Assembly: GCA_964016885.1 (NCBI GenBank)
Contig: OZ024741.1
Coordinates: forward strand, 397,792,001 to 397,856,000
Direction: 5' to 3'
Source: Eledone cirrhosa
Taxonomy: Eukaryota
Length of the DNA: 64,000 nucleotides
Within the stretch, counting starts at the first letter, position 1. Every line of letters begins with the position of its first letter. A program made the position numbers and the translations under genes. Positions 49,601 to 64,000 of the stretch are shown piece after piece. The notes beneath the pieces were generated by a model. That model was not told where the DNA came from. It searched no databases and saw only the letters and a program-made list of their open reading frames with translations.

Positions 49601-52384
49601 TACTAAACTACATCTTACACTCTCTAGTCCCTCAATTATCACCTAGTATCTACTAAACTATATCTTAGTCTCTCTAGTCCCTCAATAGTCACCTAGTATC
49701 TACTAAACTATATCTTAGTCTCTCTAGTCCCTCAATAGTCACCTAGTATCTACTAAACTACATCTTAGTCTCTCAATTGTCACCTAGTATCTACTAAACT
49801 ATATCTTAATCTCTCTACTCCCTCAATAGTCACCTAGTATCTACTAAACTACACCTTAGTCTCTCTTGTCCCTCAATTGTCACCTAGTATCTACTAAACT
49901 ATATCTTAGTCTCTCTAGTCCCTCAATAGTCACCTAGTATCTACTAAACTATATCTTAGTCTCTCTAGTCCCTCAATAGTCACCTAGTATCTACTAAACT
50001 ATATCTTAGTCTCTCTACTCCTTCAATAGTCACCTGGTATCTACTAAACTATATCTTATTCTCTCTACTCCCTCAATAGTCACCTAGTATCTACTAAACT
50101 ACATCTTAGTCTCTCTAGTCCCTCAATAGTCACCTAGTATCTACTAAACTATATCTTAGTCTCTCTAGTCCCTCAATAGTCACCTAGTATCTACTAAACT
50201 ACATCTTAGTCTCTCTAGTCCCTCAATAGTCACCTAGTATCTACTAAACTATATCTTAGTCTCTCTAGTCCCTCAATAGTCACCTAGTATCTACTAAACT
50301 ATATCTTAGTCTCTCTAGTCCCTCAATAGTCACCTAGTATCTACTAAACTACATCTTACTCTCTCTAGTCCCTCAATTGTCACCTAGTATCTACTAAACT
50401 ATATCTTAATCTCTCAAGTCCCTCAATAGTCACCTAGTATCTACTAAACTATATCTTAGTCTCTCTAGTCCCTCAATAGTCACCTAGTATCTACTAAACT
50501 ACATCTTAGTCTCTCTAGTCCCTCAATAGTCACCTAGTATCTACTAAACTATATCTTATCTCTCTACTCCCTCAATAGTCACTTAGTATCTACTAAACTA
50601 TATCTTAGTCTCTCTAGTCCCTCAATAGTCACCTAGTATCTACTAAACTACATCTTACACTCTCTAGTCCCTCAATTGTCACCTAGTATCTACTAAACTA
50701 TATCTTAGTCTCTCTAGTCCCTCAATTGTCACCTAGTATCTACTAAACTATATCTTAGTCTCTCTAGTCGCTCAATAGTCACCTAGTATCTACTAAACTA
50801 TATCTTAGTCTCTCTACTCCCTCAATAGTCACCTAGTATCTACTAAACTATATCTTAGTCTCTCTACTCCTTCAATAGTCACCTAGTATCTACTAAACTA
50901 CATCTTATTCTCTCTACTCCCTCAATAGTCACCTAGTATCTACTAAACTACATCTTAGTCTCTCTAGTCCCTCAATAGTCACCTAGTATCTACTAAACTA
51001 CATCTTAGTCTCTCTACTCCCTCAATAGTCACCTAGTATCTACTAAACTAAATCTTAGTCTCTCTAGTCCCTCAATAGTCAGCTAGTATCTACTAAACTA
51101 CATCTTAGTCTCTCTAGTCCCTCAATAGTCACCTAGTATCTACTAAACTATATCTTACACTCTCTACTCCCTCAATAGTCACCTAGTATCTACTAAACTA
51201 TATCTTAATCTCTCAAGTCCCTCAATAGTCACCTAGTATCTACTAAACTATATCTTAGTCTCTCTAGTCCCTCAATAGTCACCTCGTATCTACTAAACTA
51301 TATCTTACACTATCTACTCCCCCAATAGTCACCTAATATCTACTAAACTATATGTTACACTCTCTACTCCCTCAATAGTCACCTAGTATCTACTAAACTA
51401 CATCTTAGTCTCTCTAGTCCCTCAATTGTCACCTAGTATCTACTAAACTATATCTTAGTCTCTCTATTCCCTCAATAGTCACCTAGTATCTACTAAACTA
51501 TATCTTATTCTCTCTAGTCCCTCAATAGTCACCTACTATCTACTAAACTATATGTTAGTCTCTCTAGTCCCTCAATAGTCACCTAGTATCTACTAAACTA
51601 TATCTTACACTCTCTACTCTTTCAATAGTCACCTAGTATCTACTAAACTATATCTTACACTCTCTACTCCCTCAATAGGCACCTAGTATCTACTAAACTA
51701 CATCTTAGTCTCTCTATTCCCTCAATAGTCACCTAGTATCTACTAAACTATATCTTAGTCTCTCTAGTCATTCAATAGTCACCTAGTATCTACTAAACTA
51801 TATCTTATCTCTCTACTCCCTCAATAGTCACCTAGTATCTACTAAACTACATCTTACTCTCTCTAGTCCCTCAATTGTCACCTATTATCTACTAAACTAT
51901 ATCTTAGTCTCTCTAGTCCCTCAATAGTCACCTAGTATCTACTAAACTATATCTTACACTCTCTACTCTTTCAATAGTCACCTAGTATCTACTAAACTAT
52001 ATCTTACACTCTCTACTCCCTCAATAGGCACCTAGTATCTACTAAACTACATCTTAGTCTCTCTAGTCCCTCAATAGTCACCTAGTATCTACTAAACTAT
52101 ATCTTAGTCTCTCTAGTCATTCAATAGTCACCTAGTATCTACTAAACTATATCTTAGTCTCTCTACTCCCTCAATAGTCACCTAGTATCTACTAAACTAT
52201 ATCTTAGTCTCTCTAGTCCCTCAATAGTCACCTAGTATCTACTAAACTATATCTTACACTCTCTACTCCCTCAATAGTCACCTAGTATCTACTAAACTAT
52301 ATCTTACACTCTCTACCCCCTCAATAGGCACCTAGTATCTACTAAACTACATCTTAGTCTCTCTAGTCCCTCAATAGTCACCTA

Positions 52385-54817
52385 TCATCATCATCATCAT
52401 CAACGTTTAACGTCCGTGTTCCACGCTTGCATGGGTTTGGACGGGGGTAGTCCCACTTGAGGCAATAGTGATTGTCTTGCTCGCATAGGACTGTCTGGCA
52501 GGTTTTCTACAGTTGGATGCCCTTCCTAACACCAACCACATTTACATTGTGGTTCTGGGAGGTTTTTACCGTGTTGCCTACACGGCCACATTACAGCGTG
52601 GACTGTGTGTTTTTTTGTCGTGACACCTACACGATCTCATTTGTTTCGGCCTGGATGGCGCGGCACCAACATAACTTTACATAGAACAGGGTGGTGTGGA
52701 TGGGGTGGGGGTGGTGGCGGGACGGGGTGTATTTTGTTAGAGATGCCTACTGGCAAGGCGGGTCTTCTCTGTTACTGAGTACCGCCAAAGGTCTCGGTCC
52801 AGTGACATTGTCTTGGAGAGGTGTAAGTATGTGAGGTCGGAGTTTATCAGCTCATCCCATGTTTTTCTAGGTCTGCCTATTCCGTGGCTACCGTCTATCT
52901 TTATTGCCCTGCACTTTGTTATACAGCTATCGACTTTCATGCTCATCACGTGTCCATACCAACGCAGCCTTCTCTCGAGTAAACAACATCTGATCCCTCT
53001 TATCTCTAATTTTTTCCTTAGTTCGTTTATGCTTTGCCGTTCACGTATATTACTGTTACACATCCAGCGGAGCATGCAAGCTTCGTTCCTCTCTAGTCTG
53101 CGTATATCCTCTGCACACAATGCCCAGGTCTCACTACCATGCAACATTGCTGTTCGTATGCAGGCATCGTACAACCTGCCTTTCATTTTTAGGGAGAACC
53201 CTTTAGCAGCTAATAGTGGTATAAGCTCTCTGAACTTTTTCCAACCAGTTCTGACTCTAGCTACAGTACTTTCAGAGCACCCTCCCCCACTGCTGATTTT
53301 ATCGCCCAGGTAAAGGAAGCTGTCCACTATTTCTATAGAACCCTCTGCGCAATTGAAAGAGCTAGTATTTTGTGGGCACTTGCTGCTACTTATTGCACCA
53401 GAACACCGGCCACATGTAAAATCTATGTTCTTAGTTAGCTTACCTGTGATCCCACTACATCTTTTATGCACCCATACTTTGCATTTAGGACATAAAATGG
53501 AGTTTCTACCTACGCCTTTCCTACACACCGAGCACGACCATTTCCCAGAAGGGACCGCCGCCTTGTTTTCTTTCCTACAAACTAGAACTTTGGTCTTAGC
53601 CAGGTTAATTTTAAGTCCTTTTGACTCTAGGCCGTGCTTCCATGTTTGGAATTTCTTCTCTAGCTCGGCCATTGATTCCGCTATGAGTGTCAGGTCGTCT
53701 GCGTATAGGAGTTCCCATGGGCAGCCTGTCTTGAACTCCTCTGTTATAGCCTGAAGGGCAATAATAAATAGTAGGGGGCTGAGAACAGAGCCCTGATGGA
53801 CGCCAACTTTTACGCTAAACTCTTCACTATATTCGTTGTTAATTCTAACCTTGCTGACTGTTTCTTTATACATGGCTTGTATAGCCCTCACAAGCCATTC
53901 GTCAACGCCTAGTTTTCTAAGAGCCCACCAGATAATGGAGCGGGGGACTCTGTCGAAGGCTTTCTCCAGGTCGACAAAAGCTAAGTAGAGGGGTCTACCT
54001 TTAGCTAGGTACTTCTCCTGTAGTTGTCGTACTATGAAAAGGGCGTCTGTGGTGCTTTTGCCTGACACAAACCCGAACTGCATTTCATCTAGGTCAATTC
54101 TCTCTCTGATTAGTTGCACTATTACTTTTTCCGTGACCTTCATGACCTGGTCGATTAATTTAATGCCTCTATAGTTACTCCTATCTAGGGCGTCTCCTTT
54201 ACCCTTATAACAGTTAACGATGATGCTGCTATGCCAGTCCTTCGGAACAACCCCATTCTGTACGACTTGGTTAACTATGCGGGTGACCATGGTGTGTCCC
54301 CCCGTGCCAGATGCCTTCAGCATCTCAGCAACTATTTCCGAAGGCCCAGCCGCCTTACCCGTCTTCATATCCTTGATTGCCTTACTTATTATACTCCCCT
54401 CGACTAACACTGCTGGTCGCTCTATCGGGTCGATATGGGGGAGACTGTCTTTCTCCCATTTATTCTCCTCATTTAGTAGCCTTTCATAGTGACACTTCCA
54501 AGCTACCTTCTTATCAGTGTCGGTGATGGCAAGTATCCCATCATCGTTAAGTACACACTTCTCCCCGACAATATCACGGTTTTCCTTGACGCATTGCCTG
54601 GCAATCCTAAACACCTCACGTTTTTGGTCATCGCGTTGTAGAACATGCTTGAACTTTCTTTCCTCAGCTTCCCTTCTTGCTAAGTACACTTCTCTCCTAG
54701 CTTCCCTCCTGGCCACTTGATAGTCTACTCTACTTCCCCCATCCCGCCATACTTTCCAAGCCTGCTTTTTGGCCTTAATAGACCCCTCCACCCTACTGTT
54801 CCACCACCAAGTTACTT
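52385..54817 (-). mobile_element. 5'-truncated RTE-clade LINE, copy 2
   Basis: Same junctions as copy 1, offset 14,165 bp. Confidence 0.95.
52737..54817 (-). CDS. Non-LTR reverse transcriptase (RTE type) with embedded PHD-type zinc finger; N-terminally truncated
   Basis: As copy 1, but with canonical FVDLEKAFD. Confidence 0.92.
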
Positions 54818-57800
54818 TAGTATCTACTAAACTATATCTTAGTCTCTCTAGTCCCTCAATAGTCACCTAGTATCTACTAAACTACATCTTAGTCTCTCTA
54901 GTCCCTCAATAGTCACCTAGTATCTACTAAACTATATCTTAGTCTCTCTAGTCCCTCAATAGTCACCTAGTATCTACTAAACTATATCTTAGTCTCTCTA
55001 GTCCCTCAATAGTCACCTAGTATCTACTAAACTACATCATAGTCTCTCTAGTCCCTCAATAGTCACCTAGTATCTACTAAACTATATCTTATCTCTCTAC
55101 TCCCTCAATAGTCACCTAGTATCTACTAAACTATATCTTAGTCTCTCTAGTCCCTCAATAGTCACCTAGTATCTACTAAACTACATCTTACACTCTCTAG
55201 TCCCTCAATTGTCACCTAGTATCTACTAAACTATATCTTAGTCTCTCTAGTCCCTCAATAGTCACCTAGTATCTACTAAACTATATCTGAGTCTCTCTAG
55301 TCCCTCAATAGTCACCTAGTATCTACTAAACTATATCTTAGTCTCTCTACTCCCTCAATAGTCACCTAGTATCTACTAAACTATATCTTAGTCGCTCTAC
55401 TCCTTCAATAGTCACCTAGTATCTACTAAACTACATCTTATTGTCTCTACTCCCTCAATAGTCACCTAGTATCTACTAAACTACATCTTAGTCTCTCTAG
55501 TCCCTCAATAGTCACCTAGTATCTACTAAACTACATCTTAGTCTCTCTACTCCCTCAATAGTCACCTAGTATCTACTAAACTATATCTTAGTCTCTCTAG
55601 TCCCTCAATAGTCACCTAGTATCTACTAAACTATATCTTACACTCTCTACTCCCTCAATAGTCAGCTAGTATCTACTAAACTATATCTTCCACTCTCTAC
55701 TCCCTCAATAGTCACCTACTATCTACTAAACTATATCTTAGTCTCTCTAGTCCCTCAATAGTCACCTAGTATCTACTAAACTATATCTTACACTCTCTAC
55801 TCCCTCAATAGTCACCTAGTATCTACTAAACTATATCTTACACTCTCTACTCCCTCAATAGTCACCTAGTATCTACTAAACTACATCTTAGTCTCTCTAG
55901 TCCCTCAATTGTCACCTAGTATCTACTAAACTACATCTTAGTATCTCTAGTCCCTCAATTGTCACCTAGTATCTACTAAACTATATCTTAATCTCTCTAC
56001 TCCCTCAATAGTCACCTAGTATCTACTAAACTATATCTTAGTCTCTCTAGTCCCTCAATAGTCACCTACTATCTACTAAACTATATCTTACACTCTCTAC
56101 TCTTTCAATAGTCACCTAGTATCTATTAAACTATATCTTACACTCTCTACTCCCTCAATAGGCACCTAGTATCAACTAAACTACATCTTAGTCTCTCTAG
56201 TCCCTCAATAGTCACCTAGTATCTACTAAACTATATCTTAGTCTCTCTAGTCACTCAATAGTCATCTAGTATCTACTAAACTATATCTTATCTCTCTACT
56301 CCCTCAATAGTCACCTAGTATCTACTAAACTATATCTTAGTCTCTCTAGTCCCTCAATAGTCACCTAGTATCTACTAAACTATATCTTAGTCTCTCTAGT
56401 CCCTCAATAGTCACCTAGTATCTACTAAACTATATCTTATCTCTCTACTCCCTCAATAGTCACCTAGTATCTACAAAACTATATCTTAGTCTCTCTAGTC
56501 TCTCAATAGTCACCTAGTATCTACTAAACTACATCTTACTCTCTCTAGTCCCTCAATTGTCACCTAGTATCTACTAAACTATATCTTAGTCTCTCTAGTC
56601 CCTCAATAGTCACCTACTATCTACTAAACTATATCTTAGACTCTCTAGTCCCTCAATAGTCACCTAGTATCTACTAAACTATATCTTACACTCTCTACAC
56701 TTTCAATAGTCACCTAGTATCTACTAAACTATATCTTACACTCTCTACTCCCTCAGTAGGCACCTAGTATCTACTAAACTACATCTTAGTCTCTCTAGTC
56801 CCTCAATAGTCACCTAGTATCTACTAAACTATATCTTAGTCTCTCTAGTCATTCAATAGTCACCTAGTATCTACTAAACTATATCTTAGTCTCTCTAGTC
56901 CCTCAATAGTCACCTAGTATCTACTAAACTATATCTTACACTCTCTACTCCCTCAATAGTCACCTAGTATCTACTAAACTATATCTTAGTCTCTCTAGTC
57001 CCTCAATAGTCACCTAGTATCTACTAAACTATATCTTATCTCTCTACTCCCTCAATAGTCACCTAGTATCTACTAAACTATATCTTAGTCTCTCTAGTCC
57101 CTCAATAGTCACCTAGTATCTACTAGACTATATCTTAGTCTCTCTAGTCCCTCAATAGTCACCTAGTATCTACTAAACTATATCTTAGTCTCTCTAGTCC
57201 CTCAATAGTCACCTAGTATCTACTAAACTATATCTTAGTCTCTCTACTCCCTCAATAGTCACCTAGTATCTACTAAACTACATCTTATACTCTCTACTCC
57301 CTCAATAGTCACCTAGTATCTACTAAACTACATCTTCGTCTCTCTACTCCCTCAATAGTCACCTAGTATCTACTAAACTATATCTTAGTCTCTCTAGTCT
57401 TTCAATAGTCACCTAGTATCTACTAAACTACATCTTAGTCTCTCTAGTCCCTCAATAGTCACCTAGTATCTACTAAACTATATCTTACACTCTCTACTCC
57501 CTCAATAGTCACCTAGTATCTACTAAACTATATCTTACACTCTCTACTCCCTCAATAGTCACCTAGTATCTAGTAAACTATATCTTAGTCTCTCTAGTCC
57601 CTCAATAGTCACCTAGTATCTACTAAACTATATCTTACACTCTCTACTCCCTCAATAGTCACCTAGTATCTACTAAACTATATCTTACACTTTCTACTCC
57701 CTCAATAGTCACCTAGTATCTACTAAACTACATCTTTGTCTCTCTAGTCAATCAATTGTCACCTAGTATCTACTAAACTACATCTTAGTATCTCTAGTCC

Positions 57801-60800
57801 CTCAATTGTCACCTAGTATCTACTAAACCATATCTTAGTCTCTCTACTCCCTCAATAGTCACCTAGTATCTACTAAACTATATCTTAGTCTCTCTAGTCC
57901 CTCAATAGTCACCTAGTATCTACTAAACTATATCTAAGTCTCTCTAGTCCCTCAATAGTCACCTAGTATCTACTAAACTATATCTTACACTCTCTACTCC
58001 CTCAATAGTCACCTAGTATTTACTAAACTACATCATAGGCTCTCTAGTCCCTCAATAGTCACCTAGTATCTATTAAACTATATCTTAGTCTCTCTAGTCC
58101 CTCAATAGTCACCTAGTATCTACTGAACTATATCTTACACTCTCTACTCCCTCAATAGTCACCTAGTATCTACTAAACTACATCTTAGTATCTCTAGTCC
58201 CTCAATTGTCACCTAGTATCTACTAAACTATATCTTAGTCTCTCTACTCCCTCAATAGTCACCTAGTATCTATTAAACTACATCTTAGTATCTCTAGTCC
58301 CTCAATAGTCACCTAGTATATACTAAACTACATCTTAGGCTCTCTAGTCCCTCAATAGTCATCTAGTATCTACTAAACTATATCTTAGTCTCTCTAGTCC
58401 CTCAATAGTCACCTAGTATCTACTAAACTATATCTTAGTCTCTCTAGTCACTCAATAGTCACCTAGTATCTACTAAACTATATCTTAGTCTCTCTACGCC
58501 CTCAAAAGTCACCTAGTATCTACTAAACTACATCTTATACTCTCTACTCCCTCAATAGTCACGTAGTATCTACTAAACTACATCTTAGTCTCTCTACTCC
58601 CTCAATAGTCACCTCGTATCTACTAAACTGTATCTTAGTCTCTCTAGTCTTTCAATAGTCACCTAGTATCTACTAAACTACATCTTAGTCTCTCTAGTTC
58701 CTCAATAGTCACCTAGTATCTACTAAACTATATCTTAGTCTCTCTACTCCCTCAATAGTCACCTAGTATCTACTAAACTATATCTTAGTCTCTCTAGTCC
58801 CTCAATAGTCACCTAGTATCTACTAAACTATATCTTAGTCTCTCTACTCCCTCAATAGTCACCTAGTATCTACTAAACTACATCTTAGTCTCTCTACGCC
58901 CTCAATAGTCACCTAGTATCTACAAAACTATATCTTAGTCTCTCTAGTCTTTCAATAGTCACCTAGTATCTACTAAACTACATCTTAGTCTCTCTAGTCC
59001 CTCAATAGTCACCTAGTATCTACTAAACTATATCTTACACTCTCTACTCCCTCAATAATCACCTAGTATCTACTAAACTATATCTTACACTCTCTATTCC
59101 CTCAATAGTCACCTAGTATCTACTAAACTATATCTTAGTCTCTCTAGTCCCTCAATAGTCACCTAGTATCTACTAAACTATATCTTACACTCTCTACTCC
59201 CTCAATAGTCACCTAGTATCTACTAAACTATATCATACACTTTCTACTCCCACAATAGTCACCTAGTATCTACTAAACTACATCTTTGTCTCTCTAGTCA
59301 ATCAATTGTCACCTAGTATCTACTAAACTACATCTTAGTATCTCTACTCCCTCAATAATCACCCAGTATCTATTAAATATATCTTAGTCTCTCTAGTCCC
59401 TCAATAGTCACCTACTATATACTAAACTACATCTTAAGCTCTCTAGTCCCTCAATAGTCATCTAGTATCTACTAAATTATATCTTAGTCTCTCTAGTACC
59501 TCAATAGTCACCTAGTATCTACTAAACTATATCTTAGTCTCTCTAGTCACTCAATAGTCACCTAGTATCTACTAAACTATATCTTATCTGTCTACTCCCT
59601 CAATAGTCACCTAGTATCTACTAAACTATATCTTAGTCTCTCTAGTCCCTCAATAGACACCTAGTATCTACTAAACTACATCTTACTCTCTCTAGTCCCT
59701 CAATTGTCACCTAGTATCTACTAAACTATATCTTAATCTCTCTAGTCCCTCAATAGTCACCTAGTATCTACTAAACTATATCTTAGTCTCTGTAGTCCCT
59801 CAATAGTCACCTAGTATCTACTAAACTACATCTTAGTCTCTCTAGTCCCTCAATAGTCACCTAGTATCTACTAAACTATATCTTAGTCTCTCTAGTCCCT
59901 CAATAGTCACCTAGTATCTACTAAACTATATCTTAGTCTCTCTAGTCCCTCAATAGTCACCTAGTATCTACTAAACTATATCTTATCTCTCTACTCCCTC
60001 AATAGTCACCTAGTATCTACTAAACTATATCTTACTCTCTCTAGTCCCTCAATAGTCACCTAGTATCTACTAAACTACATCTTTCTCTCTCTAGTCCCTC
60101 AATTGTCACCTAGTATCTACTAAGCTATATCTTAGACTCTCTAGTCCCTCAATTGTCACCTAGTATCTACTAAACTATATCTTAGTCTCTCTACTCCCTC
60201 AATAGTCACCTAGTATCTACTAAATTACATCTTATACTTGCTACTCCCTCAATAGTCACCTAGTATCTACTAAACTACATGTTATCGCTCTAGTCCCTCA
60301 ATAGTCACCTAATATCTACTAAACTATATCTTAGTCTCTCTACTCCCTCAATAGTCACGTAGTATCTACTGAACTATATCTTAGTCTCTCTACTCCCTCA
60401 ATAGTCACCTAGTATCTACTAAACTACATCTTAGTCTTTCTAGTCCCTCAATAGTCACCTAGTATCTACTAAACTATATCTTACACTCTCTACTCCCTCA
60501 ATAGTCACCTACTATATACTAAACAATATCTTAGTCTCTTTAGTCCCTCAATAGTCACCTAGTATCTACTAAACTATATCTTACATTCTCTACTCCCTCA
60601 ATAGTCACCTGGTATCTACTAAACTATATCTTACACTCTCTACTCCGTCAATAGTCACATAGTATCTACTAAACTATATCTTAGTCTCTCTAGTCTTTCA
60701 ATAGTCACCTAGTATCTACTAAACTACATCTTAGTCTCTCTAGTCCCTCAATAGTCACCTAGTATCTACTAAACTATATCTTACACTCTCTACTCCCTCA

Positions 60801-63800
60801 ATAGTCACCTAGTATCTACTAAACTATATCTTACACTCTCTACTCCCTCAATAGTCACCTAGTATCTACTAAACTATATCTTAGTCTCTCTAGCCCCTCA
60901 ATAGTCACCTAGTATCTACTAAACTATATCTTAGTCTCTCTACTCCCTCAATAGTCACCTAGTATCTACTAAACTACATATTATACTCTCTACTCCCTCA
61001 ATAGTCACCTAGTATCTACTAAACTACATCTTAGTCTTTCTACTCCCTCAATAGTCACCTAGTATCTACTAAACTATATCTTAGTCTCTCTAGTCTTTCA
61101 ATAGTCACCTAGTATCTACTAAACTACATCTTAGTCTCTCTAGTCCCTTAATAGTCACCTAGTATCTACTAAACTATATCTTACACTCTCTACTCCCTCA
61201 ATAATCACCTAGTATCTACTAAACTATATCTTAGTCTCTCTACTCCCTCAATAGTCACCTAGTATCTACTAAACTATATCTTAGTCTCTCTAGTCTCTCA
61301 ATAGTCACCTAGTATCTACTAAACTATATCTTAGTCTCTCTACTCCCTCAAAAGTCACCTAGTATCTACTAAACTACATCTTATACTCTCTACTCCCTCA
61401 ATAGTCACGTAGTATCTACTAAACTACATCTTAGTCTCTCTACTCCCTCAATAGTCACCTAGTATCTACTAAACTATATCTTAGTCTCTCTAGTCTTTCA
61501 ATAGTCACCTAGTATCTACTAAACTACATCTTAGTCTCTCTAGTTCCTCAATAGTCACCTAGTATCTACTAAACTATATCTTAGTCTCTCTACTCCCTCA
61601 ATAGTCACCTAGTATCTACTAAACTATATCTTAGTCTCTCTAGTCCCTCAATAGTCACCTAGTATCTACTAAACTATATCTTAGTCTCTCTACTCCCTCA
61701 ATAGTCACCTAGTATCTACTAAACTACATCTTATACTCTCTACTCCCTCAATAGTCACCTAGTATCTACTAAACTACATCTTAGTCTCTCTACTCCTTCA
61801 ATAGTCACCTAGTATCTACTAAACTATATCTTAGTCTCTCTAGTCTTTCAATAGTCACCTAGTATCTACTAAACTACATCTTAGTCTCTCTAGTCCCTCA
61901 ATAGTCACCTAGTATCTACTAAACTATATCTTACACTCTCTACTCCCTCAATAGTCACCTAGTATCTACTAAACTATATCTTAGTCTCTCTACTCCCTCA
62001 ATAGTCACCTAGTATCTACTAAACTACATCTTAGTATCTCTAGTCCCTCAATTGTCACCTAGTATCTACTAAACTATATCTTAGTCTCTCTAGTCCCTCA
62101 ATTGTCACCTAGTATCTATTAACTATATCTTAATCTCTCTACTCCCTCAATAGTCACCTAGTATCTACTAAACTATATCTTAGTCTCTCTAGTCCCTCAA
62201 TAGTCACCTAGTATCTACTAAACTACATCTTAATATATCTAGTCCCTCAATTGTCACCTAGTATTTACTAAACTATATCTTAGTCTCTCTACTCTCTCCA
62301 TAGTCACCTAGTATCTACTAAACTATATCTTAGTCTCTCTAGTCCCTCAATAGTCAACTAGTATCTACTAAACTATATTTTAGTCTCTCTACTCCCTCAA
62401 TAGTCACCTAGTATCTACTAAACTATATTTAATCTCTCTACTCCCTCAATAGTCACCTAGTATCTACTAAACTATATCTTAGTCTCTCTACTCCCTCAAT
62501 AGTCATCTAGTATCTACTAAACTACATCTTAGACTCTCTACTCCCTCAATAGTCACCTTGTATCTACTAAACTATATCATAGTCTCTCTAGTCCCTCAAT
62601 AGTCAGCTAGTATCTACTAAACTATATCTTACACTCTCTACTCCCTCAATAGTCACCTAGTATCTACTAAACTATATCTTAGTCTCTCTAGACCCTCAAT
62701 AGTCACCTATTATCTACTAAACTATATCTTAGTCTCTCTTGTCCCTCAATAGTCACCTAGTATCTACTAAACTATATCTTAGTCTCTCTAGTCCCTCAAT
62801 GGTCACCTAGTTTCTAATAAACTATATCTTAGTCTCTCTACTCCCTCAATAGTCACCTAGTATCTACTAAACTATATCTTAGTCTCTCTACTCCCTCAAT
62901 AGTCACCTAGTATCTACTAAACTACATCTTAGTCTCTCTAGTCCCTCAATAGTCACCTAGTATCTACTAAACTATATCTTAGTCTCTCTAGTCCCTCAAT
63001 AGTCACCTAGTATCTACTAAACTATATCTTATCTCTCTACTCCCTCAATAGTCACCTAGTATCTACTAAACTATATCTTAGTCTCTCTAGTCCCTCAATA
63101 GTCACCTAGTATCTACTAAACTACATCTTACTCTCTCTAGTCCCTCAATTGTCACCTAGTATCTACTAAACTATATCTTAGTCTCTCTAGTCCCTCAATA
63201 GTCACCTAGTATCTACTAAACTATATCTTAGTCTCTCTAGTCCCTCAATAGTCACCTAGTATCTACTAAACTACATCTTAGTCTCTCTAGTCCCTCAATT
63301 GTCACCTAGTATCTACTAAATTATATCTTAATCTCTCTACTCCCTCAATAGTCACCTAGTATCTACTAAACTACATCTTATTCTCTCTAGTCCCTCAATT
63401 GTCACCTAGTATCTACTAAACTATATCTTAGTCTCTCTAGTCCCTCAATAGTCACCTAGTATCTACTAAACTATATCTTAGTCTCTCTACTCCCTCAATA
63501 GTGACCTAGTATCTACTAAACTATATCTTAGTCTCTCTACTCCCTCAATAGTCACCTAGTATCTACTAAACTACATCTTATACTCGCTACTCCCTCAATA
63601 GTCACCTAGTATCTACTAAACTACATGTTATCGCTCTAGTCCCTCAATAGTCACCTAATATCTACTAAACTATATCTTAGTCTCTCAACTCCCTCAATAG
63701 TCACGTAGTATCTACTGAACTATATCTTAGTCTCTCTACTCCCTCAATAGTCACCTAGTATCTACTAAACTACATCTTATACTCGCTACTCCCTCAATAG

Positions 63801-64000
63801 TCACCAAGTATCTACTAAACTACATCTTAGTCTCTCTACACCCTCAATAGTCACCTAGTATCTACTAAACTATATCTTAGTCTCTCTAGTCCCTCAATAG
63901 TCACCTAGTATCTACTAAACTACATCTTAGTCTCTCTAGTCCCTCAATAGTCACCTAGTATCTACTAAACTATATCTTACACTCTCTACTCCCTCAATAG

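Larger units (their letters stand above)
32189..64000. repeat. 50-bp satellite DNA array (roughly 540 monomers in the window, running off the end; first partial monomer at 29736-29770)
   Basis: Unit tagtatctac taaactatat cttagtctct ctagtccctc aatagtcacc; interrupted only by two LINE copies. Confidence 0.98.

Overview
AT-rich, microsatellite-dense animal genomic DNA. The repeat landscape suggests a coleoid cephalopod such as an octopus; this is inferred, not proven. The only host gene I can support is the 3' end of a + strand Polo-like kinase: three exons encoding polo-box 1 end, linker and polo-box 2 (4347-4476, 5808-5927, 15201-15410). Its introns and downstream region are packed with tRNA-head SINEs, RTE-LINE tails, R4/Dong-like fragments, MITEs, fold-back palindromes and minisatellites. 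The last intron also carries several minimal hammerhead-ribozyme motifs, two with an intact core on the gene's sense strand. From ~29.7 kb to the window end lies a 50-bp satellite. Its first monomer is split by a hAT element that itself contains a Helitron-like element and SINEs. The array holds two near-identical 5'-truncated RTE LINEs, 14,165 bp apart, whose reverse transcriptase has an embedded PHD-type zinc finger; they mark a ~14-kb higher-order duplication. Almost all other ORFs in the track are repeat artefacts.
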